NCBI GenBank assembly: GCA_016748015.1
Contig: JAAOMT010000134.1
Span: forward strand, 1,370,757-1,434,756
Direction of reading: 5' to 3'
From: Geosiphon pyriformis uo1
Taxonomy: Eukaryota > Fungi > Glomeromycota
DNA length: 64,000 nucleotides
In this document: piece by piece, positions 11,388 through 21,889 of the stretch
Layout: every line of letters begins with the position of its first letter
How positions within the stretch are numbered: position 1 is the first letter of the stretch
Made by a program: the position numbers and the translations under genes
Notes under the pieces: generated by a model
Told to the model about the DNA's origin: nothing
Databases searched by the model: none
What the model saw: the letters and a program-made list of their open reading frames with translations, nothing else

Positions 11388-14081
11388 TCACTGGATGGTA
11401 AGTATGAAAAGAGCATCGGCATTTTGATGATTAGCTCCTTTACGGTGTTGAATGTCATAGTTGAATTCGTCCAAGTGGAGTATCCAGCAAGTTATCTGTT
11501 TATGTTCCAGGTTTCTTTTGTTGCATAGCCAAACTAAAGCTTGGTGATTTGTTACCACCAAAAATTTCACACCCTTAAGATATTTGTCCCAGTAGCTGGT
11601 AGCCCAAACTACTGCTAAGCATTCTTGTTCAGTGACTGAGTAGTTCTTTTCTGCTGGTGTGAGAGTTCTACTGGCATATGCTACAGCATGTTCTCTGTTA
11701 TTTTCATCTTTTTGGAAAAGAACAGCACCAAGTCCATAGCCAGATGTATCAGTGTAGAGGATAAAAGGTCGATCCAAATTAGATTGTATGAGAATGGGTT
11801 CTGTAACCAGTTTTTTCTTCAGAATTTCAAATGCTTTTTGTTGATGAGTGCCCCAGTGATAATTGATGTTTTTCCTAAGTAGCTGATTGAGAAGAGCAGT
11901 GATTTTAGAGAAATCCTTGACAAACTTGTGATAATAAGAGGCCAAACCAAGAAAAGAGCATAGTTCATGAACATTCATTGGTTGTCTAATGTTTTGAACT
12001 TTTTCAATTTTGGCTAGATCAGAGAAAATTCCATCTTTTGTAATAAGATGGCCAAGAAACTGGGTGGATTGACGTTCAAAAAATGATTTGATTGGATTGA
12101 TCTTGAGACCAGCATTTCTAAGGAGGTCAAAAATTTTTTGCAAATGTTCAAGGTGTTCATTCCAGGTTTTTAAGTATATCATTATGTCGTTCAAGTAGAC
12201 TAGAACAAAGTTTTCTTTTACTGATTCAAATACTTTGTCCATTAAGCATTGAAAGGTGGGAGGAGCATTTGTAAGACCAAAAGGCATGACTGTAAATTCA
12301 TAGGTATCATACTTGGTGATGAAGGCAGTTTTCTTTCTGCTTTCTGGATCCATCTCTACTTGCCAGAATTCAGCAGTTAAGTCAATAGTTGAGAAGAAAG
12401 CAGCACCATGGAATTGGTCTAGCATTGCATCAATCTTGGGAAGTGGGTACATGTCTCTTTCAGTAATAGCATTTAATTGGCGATAGTCAACACAAAAGTG
12501 TAGGGTTCCTCCTTTCTTGGATACCACTACAACTGGGAATGCCCATTCACTCTTGGTTTCCTGTATGAATCCAAGGGTTTTCATTCGGGTTATTTCTTTT
12601 TTGATAAACTCATCATTGTGCCAGTTGGATTGATAGGGCTTCAAATAGATGGGGCAAGTTTTTCTGGTGATGATGGTGTGTTGTATCACATGTGTACATC
12701 CAGGAGGTTCACCTTCTTTTGAGATAACTGGACTGTTTCTAGCCAGCAGGTTTTCAATGTCTACTTTTCTTTTTTCTGGAGAGGGTTCTCTTTGTTCTAC
12801 AACCAGTGATTGGATTTCAGGTGGTTCGTTTTCAAAGGACTTTTGGACTTCTTTTATTTCCTCTTGGGGTATCAAGCTGATTGGTTCCCAATCTTTGTAA
12901 TAGATCAGGCAGGACATGCATTCATTGCTAGGAGAATACAATGGTTTGTCACACCAGCACCGAGCACAAGAACCATGTCACCAATAATTGTATTTGGCTT
13001 TCTTGCCTGGCTTTCTGTCAAAGGTTCTTCTGAGCATGTCATAATAAGGCCAGCAGATCAGCTTGCCATTGACAATGATTCCTTCTTTATCTGCCTTGAC
13101 ATTATCCAGTGGTTTGCCATTGCTAGTGAAGATGATATAGATGAGTTCAGCAGTTTCTTCTTGTTCTTTTTGTTTTTCTTCTTTCTCACTTTTTTCATCA
13201 TCTGATTCATCTGATTCATTTTTTTCTGGGCTTTGCTTGGGTACTGGGGGAGTTGTCCAATGGCGACACTTAACCACAATGGGTTTCTTACCACATCTGA
13301 TAGTTAGTTTACAGAGTTCATAATCAAGCAAAGTCTTTGCTTTCTTGAGCCATTCATTGCCAACAATAATGGTGTATTCTTTTGCTTCAGACACTTCTAT
13401 ATCAGTTTCAATGCTGATGCCATTGATGCGGACAGGAATAGCTTTGGCTATGCCAAGCCCTTTTTTCTTATCACCATGCACATTGGTCATTGGTCATGTG
13501 GATGATTCATCAATTTTTCTGCCAATTGCTTTAAAAAAGTGTTTGGCAATAACACTAACAGATGATCTACTGTCTAGGATTAAATTGATGAAGTAGCCAG
13601 CCACTTGGGCTTTACAAATTAGAGGAGTAACATTGCTATTGTTAGCAAATTCAGCTTGGCGAGGGTGTTTGTTGGTTTTGGATGTCTTTTTCTTTGGAAT
13701 CAGGAATTTGTGAAGATCTTTTCTGAATTGTGGATGGGTTATCAATTGGCCAAAGGTTATATGTGCTGGGGTTTCCATAAGATCTTTGACAACAGAATAG
13801 GGACCGGATTTTTGTACTATTTCTGGGAGTTCTAACTTTGGAGAATTCTTGAAAACTTTGGCTTTTGAGAGCTCATTGTTGTCAGCAGTTGATGTAGAAG
13901 CTTTATTGGAGTCCAGAACGAAATCAACTTTGGCTTTTTTCTTCTTTCTTGTGGATTCAGAGAGGTTGATTGCTAATTCATCCATGTCATGGTCATCATC
14001 AGTTAAGTTAAAAGCATAAAAGAGGTTTTCTTCTGGTTGGCTTGCACTTTCACCCTTTGGAGGTGTGCCTACCAGTTTAAA
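11388..14081 (-). pseudogene. pol: A3 pol (protease, Cys motif, RT, RNase H) in the -1 frame relative to gag
   Basis: ORFs 13494-13985, 12978-13490 and 11388-12941 share one frame; ILDS, CVDYRQLN, MPFGLTNAP, YLND, YTDTS, NYSVTEQECLA, NADAL. Confidence 0.96.
14043..14081 (-). promoter_or_regulatory. Programmed -1 ribosomal frameshift signal (U UUA AAC plus downstream hairpin)
   Basis: Heptamer at 14075-14081 in X XXY YYZ phase with gag; -1 shift enters the pol frame; conserved at 3681-3687, 8037-8043 and 54194-54200. Confidence 0.85.
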
Positions 14082-15622
14082 GGCTGATAAACAGTGGCTT
14101 CAACTAGGGGATCCTCTCCAAAGAAATTGATGTTGGCATGATTGGATCTTTGGTTGGGCACATTGTTGTTGTTGATCTTGTTGTTTTGAGCATCATTGTT
14201 TTTGGGGACTGGTGGAGGCAGTAGAGGATTGTTGCAATCTCTTGAAAAGTGTCCAGTTAATCCACAGCGATAGCATACAGATGGGCCACAATTTTGTTGT
14301 CTTTGATAAGGTGGTTTCTGGGGCTGATTGAAGCGTGGTTCAAATCTGGGTCTTTGTGGTTGCTGATTTTCTCTGACTGCTTGAACTACGGGTTCTAATA
14401 ACCGAGCAAGATTTGCTGTAAGTCTGTCTATTAACTGTTTATTTGGATCTTGAGTGTGAGTGGCAAAAGAAGTAGCAGCCATTTAAGGGGCAGGAGCCAT
14501 GACAGAAACAGGAGCAAAAACTGATAGTGTGGATTCCAAGTGCATCCTTTGGTTATCTTCAATTCTTTGTGCTAATTCAATGGCCATATCCATGGTGAGA
14601 TTATCTTTTAGGGCCAGGAGGGGCCAAAGAGCATATGATAGATCAGTTCTCAATCCTTTTGTGAAGGAGTGAATTTTCTGCTCTTCTGTCCAATTTTTTC
14701 CAGTGTCTACTCATTTGATTAACTTTCTGATTGCTTTGGTGTATTCGGTTACAACTTCACCGGGATCTTGGGTTCTTCTTTCCAATTCTATACACTATTT
14801 TGATATTAATATTGGGGTTCTGAACTTGTTTTCAAACCAGGTAGTGAAAGAAGTGTTGATTTCTCCCACATTTGCTGGTGTCCATCTAATGATTCTTTGC
14901 TGAGCGTTGGCATCTGTTTCTTGTAAGAACCAGGTAGCAGAGGATCCTTGAAGGTAGCCACCAACAATTTGGAACTTGTACTTATCATCATATTGATTGG
15001 CTGTAACAGCTCTTTCAAAGTCATTCAACCATTCAATTGGATCTTGTGCATCACCTCTAAATAATGGTATTGGGGTGTTGTTTCTTCATCCTAGAGCAGT
15101 TTGTATACCTTGGAGGGCAGCCAGAATGTTTGCTTGCATGGGGTCATTAGCCATTGGTTCAGAGGTAACTGTTTGTGTAGACGAGTCTGATTTGCTTGAT
15201 AAAAGATCAAAAACAGGGGCAGTTTGGTAGCTTTCTTCTTCTGTTTCAAAGGGAGTTTCAGTTGCTTGATGGGCAGCAATCCAAATGTGGATTTGATGAT
15301 TCAGATATTCGAAATCAGGGGGCTGTTGTTCAAAGGTTGCAGAATATAAGAGCTGATTGATACTGTTGTTTCTTTCTTCAAAGTCATCTTCAAAATAAGC
15401 TTGGTCAAAGTAATAGGTTGTATAAGCTGTATAGGTTTTAGCTGAATGCTCGTTCAAGAACCAGTTCCAAAAGTCTTGGAATTGTCTACTGGATTGTTTT
15501 TCAAGAGAGAAGCAGATTAAGCAGGAGGGCAGAGGATTAAGTTTAATAAAACTTTGGTCATTTCTGTTGTGTGCTGCAAAGTGTTCTTCTGATTGCTGTG
15601 GCAGATATGAGTAATCACCCAT
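14069..15622 (-). pseudogene. gag: A3 gag (~517 aa: N-terminal domain, capsid, CCHC knuckle)
   Basis: ORFs 15086-15622, 14795-15028 and 14069-14482 share one frame; CYRCGLTGHFSRDC. Confidence 0.93.
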
Positions 15623-16193
15623 ACAATGAGGGAATAAGTGAATTTTGACAACCTCATAGGGAGCACCACTTTTATGTTACGGGTTGGAGTAACAAGCTAA
15701 CAGATAGCAAGAGAGAACAGTATTGTATGGTGATAGAAATAAACAAAGAAGGAATTACAATAAAGAAGCAAATTGAATAAGTAGGAATTCAATGTGTGTG
15801 ATCAGTCTCATAAAAATCACAGTCACTAATCTTTTCTTAAATCTAAAGGTAGAGGAATAGTCTGTAATTGTCAACAAGATAACACTACTGTTATTATTCT
15901 ATGCCTCAACTCAACAATTCTTAGAATCAATAACAGGTATCATTGTACTTTTCAATCATTTCTTTATTCAATGAATTACAAGAGCAAGCCAATTGCTTCT
16001 TAGGCTAATTCTAACAAATACAAATCAAAAAAGGGAAAAGATAAGGTATGTGAATGCTAACAAGTAGATACTTAAAGGTAAGGAAAGGGGAATAAGCAAT
16101 TATGAGAGGAAGTAATTGATATTGTTTATTTTGTTACTTTGATCATGTTTTTCTACAGCTAAAGGAATCATCACTTATATAGCTATCTAAAGT

Positions 16194-16289
16194 GGTCAAT
16201 GATCAGGTCAATGATCAGGTCAATGATCAAGTCAATGATCAGGTTAATAATCAGGTCAATGATCAGGTTATTGATCAGGTCAATGATCA
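16194..16289. repeat. 12-bp tandem repeat (GGTCAATGATCA) x8 in the A LTR, just upstream of the TATA box
   Basis: Directly visible; 4-11 units in all eight A LTRs. Confidence 0.95.
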
Positions 16290-16869
16290 CTATCTAAAAA
16301 TAGGGTGGCTAATTATATGACATCAGTGGCTAATACATGTAATAATTAATAAAAACTATGTGTTTCAATCATAACAGTATAATGGACAGAGATTCAATAG
16401 TTGTTTTATCCGTAGCTTCCAAGAATCGCAATTCTGTCAATTCTTCTCTTGGCATGATGGCCAGCAATCCTCTGGTAAGTATTCTATATCTTCTGTATGT
16501 GTCCTACCCTCTCGCAGGGGTCTTTTACCAGACAATTCTTGACATCAGTAATCTAGTGCTTTATTCAACCAATTAGTGCACAACAATAAAATCAAAATGA
16601 AATAAAAAAAAGAAATAAAAGAAAAATAAAGAAAGAAAAAAATAAGCCAAGGCAATTTGCAAGTTAGTATTCCATCAATAGCCATAATCAAGAGCTATTG
16701 TTTCAGTGTGGTTAAGTATCAATTACTATCAATATGAAGTGTTGATAGTAGCAGTGGGTTTGAGATAACAAACAGTTATTTATTTGTGGTTTGGAAAGTT
16801 GTCTAGATGAAATCTAAACTGAGAGGTCTGTCTTTTTAGCTTCTAATCCTACTGCTATATATACATAAT

Positions 16870-17035
16870 TAAAATTCTTCAATTCCTCAATTCTTTACAA
16901 CAGGAATTCTGGAATTTCTGGAATTCTGCAATTCCTTTGAGAGGAATCCTGGAATTCTGGAATCCTGTGATTTCTTGTAAGAATCCTGTAATTCTTGGAA
17001 TCCTGTAATTCCTGAGAGGAATCCTGGAATTTCAC
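16870..17035. repeat. GGAATCCTG/GAATTCTG repeat array in the B LTR U3
   Basis: Also at ~700-880, ~26265-26405, ~36600-36705, ~41115-41200. Confidence 0.85.
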
Positions 17036-17120
17036 ATTTTACTACGTCTATTTCTGATTGGTTAATAACTATGCTAATATATATTCCCTATATTTCTATA
17101 AGTAACATTATTCCCTTCTT

Positions 17121-17780
17121 TTAATATTGAGCTCCATTGAAATCTAACTCTGTTAATTCCCCTTCTTGAAGTATTTCTTGAATTTCATTTTTAAGAATTA
17201 CTTGTGTTATTTGAGTCTGTAATTCTTCAAATTGAGCATTGGTAATCTTTCCTAATTGATTACTGGTAACCATATCCATTGCTTTGTTAAGTAAGATTTC
17301 TGGTCGATCTTGAAATGCTGTGTGTATTTGGTATATGGCTCAGACCTATGTAGATAAGTTGTTTTTTCTCACAAAATGTTTTAATTGTTGTAATATTCTT
17401 GTATCAAATAATTGCTTTGTTTTATCCGTATATAGATTCTGAATATTCACGTGTTGTCCTAAGTAAAAATAACAATAGTTTCTTGGAAAATGTTGTATCC
17501 ACCAATTCCAAGTTTCTTTAGTCAACTCTTGGTATAGTGATTCTTTTGTCAACTCTTTTATTGCTAATTTTACTTTCGTAATGATTTTGTCAATGGTATT
17601 TTCTGTTTTTTTCTGTGTTCTATGTGGCAATGTCTTTCTAGTGTCTTGATATCAGATGGTTTGTTGATTAATTGTAATTTCCATCTCTTGGTGTTGAATC
17701 AATTAAAAGAGTTGTTGTGTTAGTGAATGGATATTGTCTATAATTTTCATTTTTCTGATATTTCTTGTCACATTTATCAT
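17121..17780 (-). pseudogene. B2 ORF3, ~219-aa protein of unknown function between integrase and PPT
   Basis: ATG 17780 lies 24 nt after the integrase stop, in frame with ORF 17346-17630; frame continues to TAA at 17121; internal stops are compatible with C>T or G>A changes. Confidence 0.68.
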
Positions 17781-17804
17781 GTCTTTATATATTCTTTTGA
17801 TGAA

Positions 17805-19187
17805 TTAATTTAACGTGTTGTTGTCAATGATAATGATTGGTTCCAGATTTTGTAAAATCTCCTCTGGTTGGACTAGTATCTTCTGTACTCTTAATTGTGG
17901 AATATTACTGGTGGATGATAGTGTAATGTTGTGGTATGATTTCAGTTGATCTCCATGTGCTGCTTTGGTTAAGATTTTGTTATCCAGTCTTAATTTGTAA
18001 GCTCCATTCCCTAGAATTTCTTCTATGTGAAATGGTCCATCCCATTTGGGGTTGAATTTTTTATTCCATTGTTTTTTTGCTTTGGTACAATGTAAGAGTA
18101 CTTTGTCTTCAATCTTGAATTCAACTGGTTTGTCTAGTAGTTGATTATCATGTCTTTTTTTCTGTTTCTCTTGTGACTTTTGTATATTATCAGCTGCTTT
18201 TTTTTGTTTGTTTTCTAATGTTTCCATTAAGTCATATGTTCTTCTTAACAATGTTTTTTGGAAATTTTTTTCTGTTATTGGTTCAGTTGGATATGTGTTA
18301 ACCTTTATCTCAACTGGTAATGTTGCTGTTCTACCGTATATCAATTCAAATGGTGTTGTTTGTGTGGTGTCTTACTTCATTGTCCAATAAGCAAATAATA
18401 CTGATGGTATAAACAAATCCCATTCATTCTGGTTTTTTTGGCTGAGTTTTGCTATTGCTTCACACAATGTTCTATTAAATCTTTCAACTAATCCATTGGT
18501 TTGTGAATAATATAATAATGATAATGGTCTCTTAATTCCGAATCTTTGGCTTAATTCTGCTAATGTTCTATTCACAAAATGGGTTCCTTGGTCTGATAAT
18601 AATTCTTTTGGACATTCATGTCGACAAATCAGATATTGATAGACGAATTCGGCAACAGATTCTGCATTCACTCTTTGAATTGCTTTGGCTTCTGGCCATT
18701 TAGTAAGATAGTCCATGGCTACTGCAATATATCTGTTGTCTCTGCTGGTAATTATTAATGGTCTGACTAAATCAATTCCAATATGGTCAAATGGTTGTTC
18801 CACTTTAATTGGTCTCAATAGTTTGCTGGGTCTTGTTTCTTCTCTTCTTTGACAAGCATCACAATTTTGCACATATTGGATGATGTTTGGATACATTGAT
18901 GGCCAATAGTATTTCTTTTTGGTTCTTTCTATGGTTGCTTCTTTATGAAAATGTCCTGCCATTAGATCTGAGTGTATGTTGAACAGTATTGTCTCCTTTT
19001 CTGGTTCTGTAATTATTCTGGTTGGTTAATCTGAATCTTTTCTATTTTTCTGATAAAGTATATTTTGGTGAATGATAAAATATTTGGATTGTTGTTTGAT
19101 CCTCTTTTGTTCTGGTTGAGATAATTTCTTCTTAAACTGTTGAGTATTTATATAATATTGAAGTTGTTAATATTTTTGTGTGTTTAT
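17805..19187 (-). pseudogene. B2 integrase, separate ORF in a different frame from RT
   Basis: HSDLMAGHF..CDAC, IGIDLV, LSDQG, NGLVERFNRTL, WDGPF; presumed start is ATA at 19187 (inferred ATG>ATA). Confidence 0.9.
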
Positions 19188-21074
19188 TTTTTGTTATATT
19201 TTCGTGAGTATTGTTTGGGTTTTGTTATATTTTTGGGTTGAAATGTTCTTAGATTTGTCTCATTTGTGACAAACTGTTGGCATTTCTATTGTCTTTTCCC
19301 TTTTTATAATGTATGGTATAAGTATATAGTACAAGTGCCATTTTCTATCTTGATTGTCTACCATTTCCAAATTCTTGTTTTTGGAGTGATGTTAGTCCTT
19401 TGTGATCTGTATACACTTTAAACTTCTGGCTCAAGTATTCTTTCCATTTCATGACTGCTCAGTATATTGCTAAGTATTCTTGTTCCAGTGTTCTATAGTT
19501 CTTTTCGGCTGGTGTTAAGTCTCAGCTGGCAAATACTACTGAATGTTCTCTTCCATCCAGTTTTTTCTGAGATAGTACTGCTTCCAATGCTTGACCTGAT
19601 ACATTAGTAGTAATGATGAATGGTTTGTTGTGATCTGAATAGATCAATACTGGCACTTAAATGAGCTTTCCTCTTAAAATGTCAAAAGCTTTTTGTTGCA
19701 TTTCCATCCATTCATATTTCACATTCTTGGTTTGTAGATGGTTGAGTGGCTGAGCTATTTTAGAAAAGTTTTTGATGAAGCAACGATAATAGCTTGTAAA
19801 TCCCAAGAATGATTTTAGTTTGGTCACATTGGTTGGTACTAGAAAGTTCTTTACTATTTCTATCTTGTCTGGGTCTGTCTTGATACTGTCTTTGCTGACT
19901 ATATGTCCCAGAAACTTCAGTTCTGTTTTGCCAAAGAAGCACTTGGTAGCATTTAGCTTTAACTCTGCTTGTCACAGTCTTTCGAATACTTGTTGAAGAT
20001 GATGGAGATGATCATCAAATGTTCTTGAGAATATATTGGTGTTGTCTAAGTACACAACTACTGATTTTCACAATAAGCCAGTATACACAATTTTTATTAG
20101 CTGTTGGAAGGTTGCTGGGACATTGGTTAAGCCAAATGGTATTACTTCAAATTCAAAATTTTTTTTTCTTGTGATGAATGTCGTTTTCTTTTTGTCGGCT
20201 GGATCCATGGCTACTTGCCAGTAACCACTATCCAAGTCCAATGTTGTAAACCATTTGTTTCCTCCAAAAGCATCAAATAGTTCTTGTATCTGTGGAGTTA
20301 GATAGCTGTCTCCACAAGTTACACCATTGAGTTTCCTGTAGTCTACACAAAATTGGATTTTTCTATTCTTCTTACAAACAAGTACTACTGGTGACAACCA
20401 TGGGCTCATTGATGACTGAATTAACCTATTGTCAAACATTCAGTTGATCTTTTGATGGATGATTTCATGGCTGGCTAGTGGTACCCTATATGCTCACTGT
20501 TTGATTGGTATTGCATTCTCAATCTTGATTTGATGCTGGATAATATCAGTTCTGCCAAATTTGTTTTTACTAGTGAAGATGTCATTGAAATTATTAAGTA
20601 ACATTTTTAGTTGTATCTGTTGAAGTGGGTCTAGATTTCCCATATTTATCTGTTCCAATTGTTCTGACTGTAACAGATAACATTTATTTCATCTGTAGAT
20701 GGTTTGTGATGTAATGTTCACATATTCACAAAGCTATGGAAAATCTGAAATGCTGCTTGGTGTTTGATCTTCAATTTCCATGGTTAAATATCTAAGAGTG
20801 GTTCCTTTTGGTATTTTTACAACATTTCTGGTGTTGTTGTAGATGGGAATTTTGATATGGTTATGGCTTTTGGCTGGTATGTGTAGATTGATAAGTCCAA
20901 TTTCTCCTAATTCACAAAGGATTGCTTCTGCTTCAAAAATCTGTTTGTGTTCCTTCTCTTTTCTTTCTATTGCTAATATGTATTGGCTATATGATGAAAT
21001 GAAAATTGTTTGACCAGTTGAGATAACTTTTCCTTAGCCAATAATTTTTTTCTCTACCATATTGACTGGTATAT

Positions 21075-21480
21075 TTATTCTACCTGTGGATCCAAATTTC
21101 TGTATTCCTCTTGCTGTTATCTCTAGTTCTTTTCTGTTTCCTACTGATATTAATTGAGCTATTTTAACCAGAGGCAAGAAGATTGCTTGTACTATCTTTT
21201 TGTTTGGCTTTATAATATAGGTCTTTTCTGAGTCATTTTGTAGCATGGCGATAATATTTCCTATATATCCTGTGTTAATTATTCCTCTTCTGATATTTAT
21301 CTCTCTTTTCACTAGACTACTCTTAGATGCTAATTAAACTATTGTTGTTGCCAGAATTTCCAGTGCTATTTTTAAATCAATGCAGATGCGTGAATGTGGT
21401 TCCAATTGAATGGCATCTTTTCCTAAATACCTCAGATTAAACCTGGCATCAGTATCATGTGTGCATTCTGGCATAATACC
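21075..21480 (-). pseudogene. dut: Trimeric dUTPase domain of B2
   Basis: Five motifs in order: HDTDARFNLRY, ASKSSLVKR, GIINTGYIG, KIVQAIF, RGIQKFGSTG. Confidence 0.9.
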
Positions 21481-21701
21481 TTCATTATTATCGCTGAACC
21501 ATTTAAGTTCTTGTTCCTTGGCAAGGTCAAGGAGTGCAATATATTGTTCAAAGTCTGAATCAGAGTTTAAATCTGAGTTGGAATTGTTGTCATTGTTATC
21601 GCCATATTGGACAGAGCTGGAACCAGTGTTTTTGTCATCATTATTGTCAGAGTTTGAATCGGGATTAAAAATCGATTCCGATTCTAATGCACAGCTGCTA
21701 A

Positions 21702-21889
21702 TTGGTTCCTCTTCCTCTGGGATTGTGTATATCATGTGTAGTGGTGGATTGTAAATGAGGTCACACTCATTACAATATTGAAAGTCACATGGAATTTGGT
21801 TTCTCTTCTTCTGGGATTGTGTAGATCATATGTGATGGTGGATTGTAAATAAGATCACACTTATTACAATATTGAAAGTCACATGGAAT
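21702..21889. repeat. 94-bp tandem duplication in B2 pol
   Basis: Units start at 21702 and 21796; single copy in B3 and B5. Confidence 0.92.

Larger units (their letters stand above)
8651..16376 (-). mobile_element. Gypsy family A copy A3, full length, best preserved (5' LTR 15675-16376; 3' LTR 8651-9340)
   Basis: Perfect TSD GTAT (8647-8650 / 16377-16380); TG..CA LTR ends; PBS ~15652-15668; PPT ~9341-9352. Confidence 0.97.

Noticed and set aside
12649-13596. Antisense ORFs over gag/pol (e.g. 12649-12900, 12810-13205, 13345-13596 and their copies)
   Set aside because: Shadow frames of the retrotransposon ORFs; they recur only because the elements are repeated.
15605-15622. Gag MG start as an N-myristoylation signal
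   Set aside because: MGDYSY has Asp after Gly and no Ser/Thr at position 6, a poor match to the consensus.
16900-16960. B U3 array as heat-shock elements
   Set aside because: TTCnnGAA pairs occur, but I could not find properly spaced three-unit nGAAn arrays.
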